Assembly: GCA_964626665.1 (NCBI GenBank)
Contig: CAZVGK010000001.1
Location: forward strand, 1 to 64,000
DNA length: 64,000 bases
Source of the DNA: an uncultured Gemmatimonadota bacterium
Lineage (GTDB): Bacteria > SM23-81 > DAOVCL01
Direction: 5' to 3'
Both the position numbers and the translations under genes were made by a program. The stretch's first letter is position 1, and each line of letters begins with the position of its first letter. Shown here one piece after another: positions 1-9,050 of this stretch. Under the pieces are notes generated by a model that did no database searches, was not told the DNA's origin, and saw nothing but the letters and a program-made list of their open reading frames with translations.

Positions 1-139
1 CAATAGAGGTAGAGAAGCCACCATCTTAGCATTTTCAATGTTTAATTTATTTCCAGAAGGTGGAATCCCTGCTGCACCTACTTTGTGAGCTTTGCGGTTA
101 AAAAAGTTTGTAAAAAAAAAACAAGATCTTGCAAAATTG

Positions 140-305
140 TAGTACAGGGATCAGCACGGATTTGCACAGAAAAAGGTTTAAAATGAGCAGGTTGCTGCGT
201 TTTGTTATGCAGCCAGAGTTCCTTCCCTGACCGGAGAAGATTTTTTGTGGATGATAACATCCACAAAGAGCGAGAGAATTTCCTGACTGCTGATCCCTGA
301 AAACT
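140..305. mobile_element. MITE-like element with CAGGGATCAG...CTGATCCCTG ends; related partial copy at 26126-26223
   Basis: tagtacagggatcagc (140) and gctgatccctgaaaact (305) are inverted. The internal palindrome ttgtggatg-N4-catccacaa+agag (245-270) recurs at 26198-26223. Confidence 0.55.
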
Positions 306-683
306 GTGAGCTGTTTTGCTGTGAGGATCTGGCCGAAATTGAACTATTTTCTCCAACTCTGGGGGAGAAAGCTCTTCCCTTCCCCAGCCCCTCTGGATGA
401 AGATGAGGGGATCCCTCAATTGGTAGTGATCACCGATACCCTCGATCTCCACGGATACTTTCCCGAGCAGGTTCCCCAGCTACTTGATGATTTTATTCAA
501 AATGCCCATCGGCTCAGGCTGCCGGAGGTGAAGATCATCCATGGGAAGGGGAAAAGTAGATTGAAAATGGTCGTGTGGGAGGAACTGGAGAAGAATCCAC
601 TGGTGGAGTCGTTCCGCCATGCCCATCCCCTCTCTGGTGGATGGGGGGCAACAATGGCCGTCTTGAGATTTCGGAATTTTTAA
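306..683 (+). CDS. Smr/MutS2 C-terminal domain protein
   Basis: Motifs LDLHG, IIHGKG and GGWGAT are typical of Smr domains. Start uncertain. Confidence 0.85.
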   Translation: MSCFAVRIWPKLNYFLQLWGRKLFPSPAPLDEDEGIPQLVVITDTLDLHGYFPEQVPQLLDDFIQNAHRLRLPEVKIIHGKGKSRLKMVVWEELEKNPLVESFRHAHPLSGGWGATMAVLRFRNF

Positions 684-838
684 GAAATCCCGAAATCTTA
701 GGGGGTTGTTTGAAGTCCCGACTTAGGTCGGGATTCAAGGGTGACAGCGGAGCAATCCGAACAAGCGCAGGATTGCGGAGTGCCAGAGGGTCGGTGAGAC
801 CCTATGGAGAACTTTGCGACCGAAGGGAGCTAAGTTCT
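666..838 (+). repeat. ~170-bp five-hairpin dispersed repeat, copy 1
   Basis: Aligns with 9078-9236 and 17848-18031 (ttgaa..ttcaa, gacagc, gattgcggag, gaccct, gaagggagcta). Confidence 0.9.
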
Positions 839-841
839 GAG

Positions 842-1234
842 TTGAAGATTAAACCATTTCTCCTTAGCTTGGTCTTGGTGGCTGCTGGTCTGGAGACCAA
901 TGAGAGCCTGGCCAACCAACATCAACCAATAAATCTGCGGAAGGGTTCAGCCCTGGCAGACGGGAAAGAGGGGGATGGGTGGTTGGGGGAGGATAAGCTC
1001 AAGCACCTGATGGTCAGCGTATTCCTCACCGGAATTGGCTATCGGCTCTGTGCTGATGGGCTTGACTGGCCGGCGAAACGCTCAAGAGCTATCGCCTCCT
1101 CCTTTACCTTCTCCTTAGGGTTGGGCAAAGAGTTAAGGGATCGGACCCAAGGGGGGGAGAGCTTCAGCCTTAAGGATCTGGGGGTCGATCTGCTGGGCAT
1201 TGGGATAGGCCTTTTGATTTTCACCACCTGGTAG
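842..1234 (+). CDS. YfiM/DUF2279-like small membrane protein
   Basis: Motifs DKLKH, GLGKELRD and FSLKDL. TTG at 842 chosen because the upstream part of ORF 575 is repeat DNA. Confidence 0.65.
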   Translation: MKIKPFLLSLVLVAAGLETNESLANQHQPINLRKGSALADGKEGDGWLGEDKLKHLMVSVFLTGIGYRLCADGLDWPAKRSRAIASSFTFSLGLGKELRDRTQGGESFSLKDLGVDLLGIGIGLLIFTTW

Positions 1235-1235
1235 G

Positions 1236-2543
1236 ATGGGGAAAAGCCGTCAGGTGTGGGGATGGGTAATCTACGACTTTGCCAATACCATCTACTCTAT
1301 GAATGTGGTCTCCCTCTACTTCTCCCTCTGGATTACGGTGGACAATGGCAGGGAGGACATTTGGGTTTCCCTGGCCAATTCGCTCTCTATGCTCTTGGTG
1401 GCCCTCTCTCTGCCTGGCTTGGGGGTGATCTCGGATAGATACAAAAGGAGGATGCCCTTCCTCTTCGGGTTGACCCTTTCCTGTGTGTTCTTCACCTCCC
1501 TGATCAGCATCGTGGGCTGGACCGTCCCCTCCTCTCGTTGGAGGGTGGGTTTAGCCCTCAGCTTTTTTGTACTGGCCAACTACTCCTATCAGGGGGGACT
1601 GGTCTTCTATAACGCCCTTCTCCCCCAGGTTAGTTCACCCAGGTTTATGGGAAGGGTCTCCGGCTATGGAACAGCTATGGGCTATTTAGGGGCCATTGTG
1701 GGGCTGGCTCTGGTTATGCCCTTTAGTCAGGGGAGGCTCTTTGGCTGGACAATCCCCCTCATCGGTGGGGGGGGGAGAGTGGCCACCTTCTTGCCCACCG
1801 GGATCTTCTTCCTCCTCTTTTCGCTTCCCGCCTTCCTTCTGGTCAGGGAGGGTGGGGAAAGGGGAGCCCTCCCTCAGCCCAATCTGCGGGAGGTATGGGG
1901 AAAGGTTTGGGAGGGGATATCGAACACCAGGAGATACCCAGGGGTCTTGCGGTTCTTGATTGCCAAATACCTCTATGAGGATGCCATTGCCACAGTGATC
2001 ATCTTTATGGGGGTCTATGGGAACAGGGTGATGGGTTTCAGTGACGCGGTACTCGTTCCCTTCCTGATGGTCTCCATCTCCACAGCCATCATCGGATCAC
2101 TTGGCTTTGGCCACCTCACCGATAGGATTGGTCCTAAGAAAACTTTATCCCTGGTCTTGGTCGGATGGATTGGCTGCTTGTCAGCACTGGCCCTCTTCTC
2201 CACTCCATCCCTCTTTTGGGTTATCGGCTCCCTGATCGGGGCTTTCTTAGGGGGAACCTGGGCCTCATCCAGGCCCCTTTTGGTGAACCTCGTCCCCCAG
2301 AAAATGTTAGGGGAGTTCTTTGGTCTCTATTCCCTTTCCGGCAAGCTTGCTGCTATAGCCGGGCCCCTCATTTGGGGAGGAGTTGTGCTCCTCTTTCGCC
2401 CCTGGGGGATAATCAGATACAAGCTTGCCGTGGTTGCCCTTATCCTGATGGTGGCTGCGGGCCTGTTGGTTCTCCTCAAAGTCCCCGCGGACGGGCCAGG
2501 ACAATTCAGAAAAGGTAAACAAGGATTTGACTATGAAGATTAA
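1236..2543 (+). CDS. MFS transporter, UMF1/Atg22-like family
   Basis: WVIYDFAN N-terminus, FYNALLP, GRVSGYG and GEFFGLY motifs, ~12 TM segments. Confidence 0.9.
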   Translation: MGKSRQVWGWVIYDFANTIYSMNVVSLYFSLWITVDNGREDIWVSLANSLSMLLVALSLPGLGVISDRYKRRMPFLFGLTLSCVFFTSLISIVGWTVPSSRWRVGLALSFFVLANYSYQGGLVFYNALLPQVSSPRFMGRVSGYGTAMGYLGAIVGLALVMPFSQGRLFGWTIPLIGGGGRVATFLPTGIFFLLFSLPAFLLVREGGERGALPQPNLREVWGKVWEGISNTRRYPGVLRFLIAKYLYEDAIATVIIFMGVYGNRVMGFSDAVLVPFLMVSISTAIIGSLGFGHLTDRIGPKKTLSLVLVGWIGCLSALALFSTPSLFWVIGSLIGAFLGGTWASSRPLLVNLVPQKMLGEFFGLYSLSGKLAAIAGPLIWGGVVLLFRPWGIIRYKLAVVALILMVAAGLLVLLKVPADGPGQFRKGKQGFDYED

Positions 2544-3879
2544 AGAGGGGTGTGGCCTTTTTGGCATCTGGGGCTCTCCCCAGGCAGCTCCCCTGACCTA
2601 TTTGGGCCTTTACTCCTTGCAACACAGAGGGCAGGAAAGCGCCGGGATTGTCTCCTTTGACGGGCGGAATTTCTGGGAGCACCGCGGGATGGGTTTAGTA
2701 TCCGAGATTTTCTCTTCCCAGACCTTAGGGGAGCTCAAGGGGAGGGTAGCTATTGGCCACAATCGTTATTCAACCAGTGGAGAATCCTCTCTGAGAAATG
2801 CCCAGCCCCTCTTGACTAACCTGCGGGGGAGGATGTTCTCCATAGCCCACAATGGGAACCTGGTGAATTCCCAGGAACTTATCAGGGAGTTAGAGGCTAA
2901 GGGCTCCCTCTTTAGGTCGAGCCTGGACAGTGAGGTGATCATCCATTTAGTGGCCAGGTCAAAGGGAAAAGATACCCTGCAGATGGTTGTGGAGGCCCTA
3001 AGGAGGGTGCGGGGGGGATATTCGCTCCTCATCCTCACTGCGGATGGCCTTATCGCGGTGAGGGACCCCTGGGGGGTCAGGCCCCTCTCTATGGGCAGAC
3101 TGCAGGGAGCCACGGCCTTTGCCTCAGAGTCCTGTGCCTTCGATCTCATTGGCGCCCAATACCAGAGGGAGCTGGAACCAGGGGAATTGATTAGGGTAGG
3201 GAAGGGAGGGGTGGAAAGCTTCCATCCCTTCCCAGCTCATCGCGGGGCCGCCTGTATATTTGAGTTTATCTACTTTGCCCGCCCGGACTCGCGGGTCTTC
3301 GGAGTGGCCGCAGACCGGGTGAGGAGGGAGATGGGAAGGCAACTGGCGCTGGAAAAACCGGCTCAGGCCGATATAGTCATCTCTGTTCCAGACTCCTCCA
3401 ACACCGCTGCCTTGGGATATGCTCAGGAGTCAGGGATAAAGCTGGAGATTGGGCTTATCCGCAACCACTATGTGGGGAGGACATTCATCAGGCCGGACCA
3501 GGCAAGCAGGGACTTAGATGTGCGGATAAAGTACAATCCAGTGGCCGGAGTTCTCAAGGGGAAGAGGGTGGTGGTAGTCGATGACTCCATCGTCCGGGGC
3601 ACAACTAGCGGAAAGCTGGTGCGGATGATCCGCAGGGCCGGGGCCAAAGAGGTCCACCTCAGGGTAAGCTCTCCCCCCATTAGATTCCCCTGTTTCTATG
3701 GGATCGATACCCCAACCAAGGAGGAGCTCATCGCCTCTAAATGGGATGTGGAAAGGATAAGGGAACATTTGGAGGCAGATAGCTTGGGCTACCTCTCCAT
3801 TGAGGGCATGCTTTCCTGTCCCTCGCTCCCCCCCGTTGACTTCTGCACTGCCTGCTTTAACGGGGATTATCCCATCTGA
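2533..3879 (+). CDS. purF: amidophosphoribosyltransferase
   Basis: CGLFG N-terminal nucleophile, LQHRGQE, VDDSIVRGTT PRPP motif, FeS cysteines (CFYG, FCTACF). Confidence 0.97.
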   Translation: MKIKEGCGLFGIWGSPQAAPLTYLGLYSLQHRGQESAGIVSFDGRNFWEHRGMGLVSEIFSSQTLGELKGRVAIGHNRYSTSGESSLRNAQPLLTNLRGRMFSIAHNGNLVNSQELIRELEAKGSLFRSSLDSEVIIHLVARSKGKDTLQMVVEALRRVRGGYSLLILTADGLIAVRDPWGVRPLSMGRLQGATAFASESCAFDLIGAQYQRELEPGELIRVGKGGVESFHPFPAHRGAACIFEFIYFARPDSRVFGVAADRVRREMGRQLALEKPAQADIVISVPDSSNTAALGYAQESGIKLEIGLIRNHYVGRTFIRPDQASRDLDVRIKYNPVAGVLKGKRVVVVDDSIVRGTTSGKLVRMIRRAGAKEVHLRVSSPPIRFPCFYGIDTPTKEELIASKWDVERIREHLEADSLGYLSIEGMLSCPSLPPVDFCTACFNGDYPI

Positions 3880-4019
3880 TATGGCGAAGCTTCAAATGTA
3901 GAATGAAGAATGTAGAATTAAGAATGAAAGAGACTATCGTCTGGTGGCGATCAAGTTTGGGCATTGGCTCCATTACCCTCCTCTTCTGCCCTCCAGAACA
4001 GGTATTTCTCAATCCACCC

Positions 4020-4074
4020 TTGCTGGCTCCAGAGACTTGACACAAATTTTAAGGTCTTGCCATATGAAGCCAGC
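4020..4074 (+). repeat. ~50-bp GCTGGCT...AGCCAG mini element, copy 1 (others 33462-33512 inverted, 42803-42849)
   Basis: Shared ttgctggct..gacttgacacaaattt..ttgcc..atgaagccag core with terminal inverted repeats. Confidence 0.75.
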
Positions 4075-4084
4075 CATTTAAGCT

Positions 4085-4927
4085 ATGGAGATTATGCCCC
4101 TGCTAAAGAAGGCTCAAGGCTATCTCCGCCAGAAGGGGATAGAAAACCCTCGATTGACGGCGGAGGTCCTCCTGGCCCATTGTTTGGGGCTAAAGAGGAT
4201 TGACCTCTATCTCAATTATGACTGTCCCCTCAATGAGAGGGAGCTCTCCCGCTATAGGGAGCTTCTGGTTAGAAGGGCCAGGTATTACCCTCTGCAGTAT
4301 CTCACCGGGGAAGTGGAGTTTTACTCCGCGAAGTTTAGGGTGGCCCCAGGGGTATTCATCCCCCGACCGGAGACGGAGGTGCTGGTCGAAAAGGTGAAGG
4401 AGGCCATAGAGGGTGAAGTTCTGGTGGCCGATATAGGAACGGGCTGCGGGGTGATCGCTATATCCCTGGCTAAGGATTTGCCCCAGGCCAGATTCTACGC
4501 CAGTGACATCTCCGCGGAGGCCCTCAAATTGACCCAAGCGAATGCGGCGGAGAATGGGGTTGCGGGAAGGATCGAACTCCTCTTGGGTGATCTCCTAAAC
4601 CCTTTCCAGGGGCTGGAGGGGAAGTTAGATGCCGTGGTTTCCAACCCACCTTACGTACCCCAGGATGAGCTGGAGAGCCTCCCGGATGAGGTGAGGTTGT
4701 ATGAACCCAAAGCTGCTATGGATGGGGGGAAAGGGGGGAGGGAGGTCCAGAAGCGGTTAATAGCCGAGGCCTGGCCCTACCTGAAAAAGGGAGGGATACT
4801 GGCCTTGGAGGTGGGAGACTCCCAGGCAGAGGTGGTGATGGATTTAATGGGGGTAAGGTATAAGGGGATAGAGGTCTTCCCAGATCTCAACGGTATCGCC
4901 AGGGTGGTGATGGGGAGGAAAACTTAA
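4085..4927 (+). CDS. prmC: release factor glutamine N5-methyltransferase
   Basis: PLQYLTG, IPRPETE, DIGTGCG and SNPPY motifs. Confidence 0.96.
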   Translation: MEIMPLLKKAQGYLRQKGIENPRLTAEVLLAHCLGLKRIDLYLNYDCPLNERELSRYRELLVRRARYYPLQYLTGEVEFYSAKFRVAPGVFIPRPETEVLVEKVKEAIEGEVLVADIGTGCGVIAISLAKDLPQARFYASDISAEALKLTQANAAENGVAGRIELLLGDLLNPFQGLEGKLDAVVSNPPYVPQDELESLPDEVRLYEPKAAMDGGKGGREVQKRLIAEAWPYLKKGGILALEVGDSQAEVVMDLMGVRYKGIEVFPDLNGIARVVMGRKT

Positions 4928-5141
4928 GGCGAGTAGGTTGATGGGGTGGGGGCATGGCCAGCGAGACTTCACCGGGGATTGGGAGCTGGTCATCGGGCTG
5001 AGGTTGATCAAGATCAGATCAGGGGATCTGACCGCTCATCTATTCCTATAGGTTTTGCAGTTGAGATATGAATTGACCTTCATCCCAGAGCGATGGGAAA
5101 GTCAGCTCAATCCTTTATTGGAAAGCTATAAAGGGGGAAAG

Positions 5142-7016
5142 ATGGCTCAGGTTTTCAGGATCGTCTATCGCTGGAGTATAGCTGAGGGAATAAGGGCGAA
5201 GGCTTTGTTGGGGGCGGCCGTATTGCCCTGGAGGCTACCTTCTCTTTTTAGCTCGAATGTCGCGGAAAGGGCCCAGGAGACAGCGAAGGAGGTGGATAAG
5301 GGGAGATCAGTTGGGTGGAAACCTAAGATTGGCCTGGTAGGCGGGATTCTTCTCTTCTTTCTTTTTCTGTTGGTTCCTCCCCAGGCCAAGATGTACATCC
5401 CTGCCACTAAGGTAGTTCTCAGGCACTGTCAGAAGGATGTCGTCGCGGCCCTTCTCAAGGGAACACCGCTTGCCGGGGTGAAGAGGCCAATATCGGCGAT
5501 CAATGCCCAAAATATCGGACTCATCCTGGAGAAGTCACGGGATGTGAAGGTAAAGGTTCCCAGGAACTTCTACTCCTCGGGTAGCCGGGGGATAAGCCTG
5601 TCCGCTGCCGGGGAATCGCTGCAGGGGGTGTGCAAAAGGCAGGTCAACGGTTTAAAGAAGGCCATAGCCTTGGCCCTGCTGATGGCCATCCTTTGGATAA
5701 CGGAGGCCATCCCCATCCCGGTCACCGCGCTTCTTCCCCTTGTTCTGCTTCCCCTTTTGGGTGTTGCCCACTACAAGTACGCCAAGCTGCCCGGGTATTT
5801 CGTGGCCTATGCCCCCTATATGCACTACTTGGTTGTCCTCTTCATTGGTGGTTTTACCATTGCCGAGGCGATGAAGAGGTGGCGGCTTCATGAGAGGATT
5901 GCCCTCCATTTTGTCAAGTTGATTGGCTTCTCCCCCCGTCGGATCATACTGGGCCTGATGGTGGCCACGGCCGTTCTCTCTATGTTCGTCTCCAATACGG
6001 CGAGCACGGCGATGATGATGCCCATAGGCTTGGCTATCATCCTCCAGGCTGGGGGAAAACCTGGGGAGAGCAGGTTTGGCCTTGCCTTGATGTTGGGCAT
6101 TGCCTATGCTGCCTCCATTGGGGGGATTGGCACCCTCATTGGCACCCCACCCAATGTTGTCCTGGCCGGTTTTGCCGATACCCTCCTGCACATCAAGGTG
6201 ACCTTTGCCGAATGGCTGAGGATTGGTCTGCCCCTGGTGGTGGTTCTTCTCCCCCTTACTTGGCTGATTCTTCTCAAGCTTAACCCCTTTGAGAAGCTGA
6301 GGATTGGGGGTTCCAAGGAGCTGATCACCAAGAGGATAAGGTCCCTGGGCCCTTTGAGGGGAGGGGAACTGAACACTTTTGTCGTATTCCTGTTGGTCGC
6401 CCTGATGTGGATCTTCCAGAAACCCATTTCGCGGGAACTTCACCTTCCTTGGCTGGGGGATTCGGTGATCAGCATCATCGGTCTTCTGCTTTTTTATCTC
6501 ATTCCAGTGAACCTGCGACGGTGGGAGTTTACCTTGGACTGGAAGACAAACCTGAAGATACCCTGGGGGACCCTCTTTCTCTTTGGAGGGGGAATTGCCT
6601 TGGGACAGGCCCTGGATCATACGGGAGGGGCGGAATTTATCGCTATGAATCTGGTTGCTCTGAGGGCCGTTCCCCAGATTCTCCTTCTCTTCTCCATCGT
6701 CCTCCTGGTCGATTTCCTTACCGAGATCACCTCAAATACGGCCACAACGAATATGATGATGCCCGTCTTAGTGGCTTTAGGTATGGCCATTGGACGTGAT
6801 CCCCTGACGATGATGATTGGGGGAGCAGTGGCCGCCTCTATGGCTTTTATGCTCCCGGTGGCCACCCCACCAAATGCCATCGTCTACGGCACTGGATTTA
6901 TCAAGATGGGGGATATGGTGAGAAATGGGTTTTGGCTCGATATCTTGGCCGCGACCACCTGGACCCTGATCCTCTACTTTCTCATCTCCCTAATCTCCCC
7001 CCTGGTCAGGATTTGA
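5142..7016 (+). CDS. DASS/SLC13 sodium:dicarboxylate or sulfate symporter
   Basis: WITEAIP, SNTAST, GTPPN, TSNTAT and ATPPNA motifs. Start uncertain. Confidence 0.9.
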   Translation: MAQVFRIVYRWSIAEGIRAKALLGAAVLPWRLPSLFSSNVAERAQETAKEVDKGRSVGWKPKIGLVGGILLFFLFLLVPPQAKMYIPATKVVLRHCQKDVVAALLKGTPLAGVKRPISAINAQNIGLILEKSRDVKVKVPRNFYSSGSRGISLSAAGESLQGVCKRQVNGLKKAIALALLMAILWITEAIPIPVTALLPLVLLPLLGVAHYKYAKLPGYFVAYAPYMHYLVVLFIGGFTIAEAMKRWRLHERIALHFVKLIGFSPRRIILGLMVATAVLSMFVSNTASTAMMMPIGLAIILQAGGKPGESRFGLALMLGIAYAASIGGIGTLIGTPPNVVLAGFADTLLHIKVTFAEWLRIGLPLVVVLLPLTWLILLKLNPFEKLRIGGSKELITKRIRSLGPLRGGELNTFVVFLLVALMWIFQKPISRELHLPWLGDSVISIIGLLLFYLIPVNLRRWEFTLDWKTNLKIPWGTLFLFGGGIALGQALDHTGGAEFIAMNLVALRAVPQILLLFSIVLLVDFLTEITSNTATTNMMMPVLVALGMAIGRDPLTMMIGGAVAASMAFMLPVATPPNAIVYGTGFIKMGDMVRNGFWLDILAATTWTLILYFLISLISPLVRI

Positions 7017-7072
7017 TGAACTTATCCGTAGGTGGCGGAAACCTTTTTGACAGGATAACAGGATTTACAGGG
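7015..7072. repeat. dispersed repeat with 9-mer (acaggat..) units; inverted copy at 63645-63703
   Basis: gatgaacttatccg..ggcggaaacctttttgacaggataacagg matches the reverse complement of 63645-63703. Confidence 0.6.
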
Positions 7073-7262
7073 CTCTTGTTAATCTTAGGAAGAGGGAGAA
7101 ATCCATAGAATTACCAATTAGGAAAGGAGTTTTCCAACTTCACGGTAAGCATCTCTGTGAGGGGGGGGTAGCTAATGGTTAAAGGAAAGGGATTTAGTGT
7201 ATCGGGAAAGTGGTTTTTTATAATTTTATGAACGTCTACGTTCCCCTCCACCAAACACCGAA

Positions 7263-7288
7263 AGTCAAGAGTAAAGATTTGACCCCCC
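7263..7288 (+). repeat. 26-bp direct repeat ending TGACCCC, copy 1
   Basis: agtcaagagtaaagatttgacccccc versus agtcaaaagtaaagatctgacccccc at 8295-8320 (2 mismatches). Confidence 0.8.
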
Positions 7289-7330
7289 CTATTTTCAAAT
7301 TTAATTTCGTAGCAACAAAAAGGAGAGAAT

Positions 7331-8095
7331 ATGAGAATAGTCTCATGGAATGTTAATGGGATAAGGGCATGTATCAAGAAAGGTTTCTTTGAATGGTTGT
7401 ATGAGGTCGAACCAGACATATTATGTCTGCAGGAGACGAAGATATCTGAAGCGGAATTAACAAAGGAGCTAATACAGCCGAAGGGTTATCATACATATTG
7501 GAATACTGGAGAGAAAAAGGGGTATGCCGGAGTGAGCATTTTCACCAAGGAAGAACCCACCAAAGTGGAGAGGGGAATAGGTGTGGGAAAATTTGATAAA
7601 GAAGGAAGATTCCTTATCTTAGAATACAATAAGTTAGGGTTAGTTAACGCCTACTTTCCTCATTCACAAAGGGATTTGAAGAGATTAAATTTCAAACTGA
7701 AATTTAACGACGCCTTTTTAAAATTTGTCGAAAAGCTAAAGGAAAAAACCAAAAGGATTATTTTGACCGGTGACTTTAATGTTGCCCATAAGGAAATTGA
7801 CTTGAAAAATCCGAAACAGAATGAAAATAATGCTGGATTTACAATTGAAGAGAGGAGATGGGTTGACGAGTTTTTATCAAAAGGCTGGGTCGATACCTTC
7901 AGGGAATTTGAAAAGGGGCCTGGACATTATACTTGGTGGTCATACCGATTTAATGCCCGGAAGAGAAACATTGGCTGGAGGGTGGACTATTTCTTTGTCC
8001 CCACGCAGTTTCTAAAAAACATTGAGAGTTCCTACATTTTAAAGGATGTTTTAGGTTCCGATCATTGCCCCATTGGGATCGAACTGAAGATTTAA
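7331..8095 (+). CDS. xth: exodeoxyribonuclease III / AP endonuclease
   Basis: SWNVNG, LQETK, GDFNVAH, GWRVDY and SDHCP motifs. Visibly AT-richer than its flanks. Confidence 0.96.
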   Translation: MRIVSWNVNGIRACIKKGFFEWLYEVEPDILCLQETKISEAELTKELIQPKGYHTYWNTGEKKGYAGVSIFTKEEPTKVERGIGVGKFDKEGRFLILEYNKLGLVNAYFPHSQRDLKRLNFKLKFNDAFLKFVEKLKEKTKRIILTGDFNVAHKEIDLKNPKQNENNAGFTIEERRWVDEFLSKGWVDTFREFEKGPGHYTWWSYRFNARKRNIGWRVDYFFVPTQFLKNIESSYILKDVLGSDHCPIGIELKI

Positions 8096-8294
8096 TTGCC
8101 TTGCGGCAAGAAGGTTGAAAAATCAGCCAGCCGCAGCCTTCAGGTTGCGCAAGGGCGATATAGGGGACGGTGGTGCAGAAAGTGCTTGAGGGGTTGATGG
8201 ATAGGGGGAGAGAAACGGGAGGAATACAGCTCAATTTTCGATTTTTCGCGGGCAGGAGACTTGCTGATAACCTATATTGACATCAGGCATCGAG

Positions 8295-8320
8295 AGTCAA
8301 AAGTAAAGATCTGACCCCCC
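8295..8320 (+). repeat. 26-bp direct repeat ending TGACCCC, copy 2
   Basis: Partner of 7263-7288. A further gctgacccc lies at 8343-8351. Confidence 0.8.
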
Positions 8321-8361
8321 TCATATTTGTCAAACATCGAGGGCTGACCCCATTCTCGTAT

Positions 8362-8420
8362 GTAGAGATGGAGCTCAGCGGCGGTGCCTTAGCGTCCTCC
8401 GCTGCAACGATTTGTTGGAG
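8362..8420 (-). mobile_element. degenerate integron attC-like site
   Basis: Minus strand reads CTCCAAC-AAATCGTTGCAGCGG...CCGCTGAGCTC, with paired L boxes and an extrahelical G. The GTT of R' is missing. Confidence 0.6.
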
Positions 8421-8569
8421 ATTTCTTTCCTTCTGTCAACTATAGCACTCCATGGATGACGCTCCATCTCTTGCAATGTTGCAACCATTTCATTGAGGTC
8501 GTAATTATGTCGTTTAGCGAATTCATCCCTGTTCCGCCATACTTCTAACAGAATTTTATTCTTCTCCAT
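8375..8569 (-). CDS. small hypothetical protein, putative partner of the PIN protein
   Basis: EVWRNRDEFAKRHNYDL pattern. Overlaps the PIN gene stop; GGAGGT SD upstream. Confidence 0.65.
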   Translation of the reverse strand: MEKNKILLEVWRNRDEFAKRHNYDLNEMVATLQEMERHPWSAIVDRRKEISNKSLQRRTLRHRR

Positions 8570-9050
8570 TTTCACTTACCTCCATAAACTCGATTGGGGT
8601 GCAAATTTCTGGGCATAAGTAGCCTTCTGCGCTACACACACTGCGCACTAAGGGTTTTGTTGCAGGATTGTTGATGTGACGGCAATTCCAAGTGAGTAAA
8701 TAATCTGTGCCATGAACGGTAGCTGTTGCAATATGAAGTGCATCAGCTTGGGCTTTACCAGGTAGAGCACCTTGTGCTACAAATGTAGCAGCCAACTGCC
8801 GGACACCATCAGTAATTTTCAGTTCAGGGATTCCCCGGAGCAACCTAAGTCGTTTTGCTGCTACATCTTGATCTCCTGCTTTGGCTTCAGCAATTACCAG
8901 CTCAGAGATGAAAAGATCATATATGTTTCGCTTGTCCTCCCACCATTCGGTTGTAATTTGTTGACATGCGGCAGTGAACAAGTCTCGGCTTGTTTTAGCA
9001 GCCAAGTAGCTAATAATCGAAGTTTCTATGTATACACTTAACCTTTCCAT
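8556..9050 (-). CDS. PIN-domain (VapC-like) protein
   Basis: VYIETSIISYL, DALHIA and YLLTWNCRHI motifs. Confidence 0.88.
   Translation of the reverse strand: MERLSVYIETSIISYLAAKTSRDLFTAACQQITTEWWEDKRNIYDLFISELVIAEAKAGDQDVAAKRLRLLRGIPELKITDGVRQLAATFVAQGALPGKAQADALHIATATVHGTDYLLTWNCRHINNPATKPLVRSVCSAEGYLCPEICTPIEFMEVSENGEE

Noticed and set aside
245-266. TTGTGGATG-ATAA-CATCCACAA (also 26198-26219) as extra Rex boxes
   Set aside because: 22 bp rather than 18, lacks TGAA/TTCA, and is embedded in a repeated MITE-like element.
575-841. N-terminal extension of ORF 575-1234
   Set aside because: Overlaps the Smr gene and translates the five-hairpin repeat. The same pseudo-peptide (RPYGE..RRELSS) appears in ORF 17987-18229.
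3893-3930. Short tandem heptamer/nonamer runs (also ~22510-22620, 33513-33552, 63425-63460) as CRISPR
   Set aside because: No 25-45-bp repeats with unique spacers, and no cas genes.
5652-6620. 322-aa antisense ORF and the many other overlapping shadow ORFs
   Set aside because: They lie opposite well-supported genes and have no recognisable motifs.
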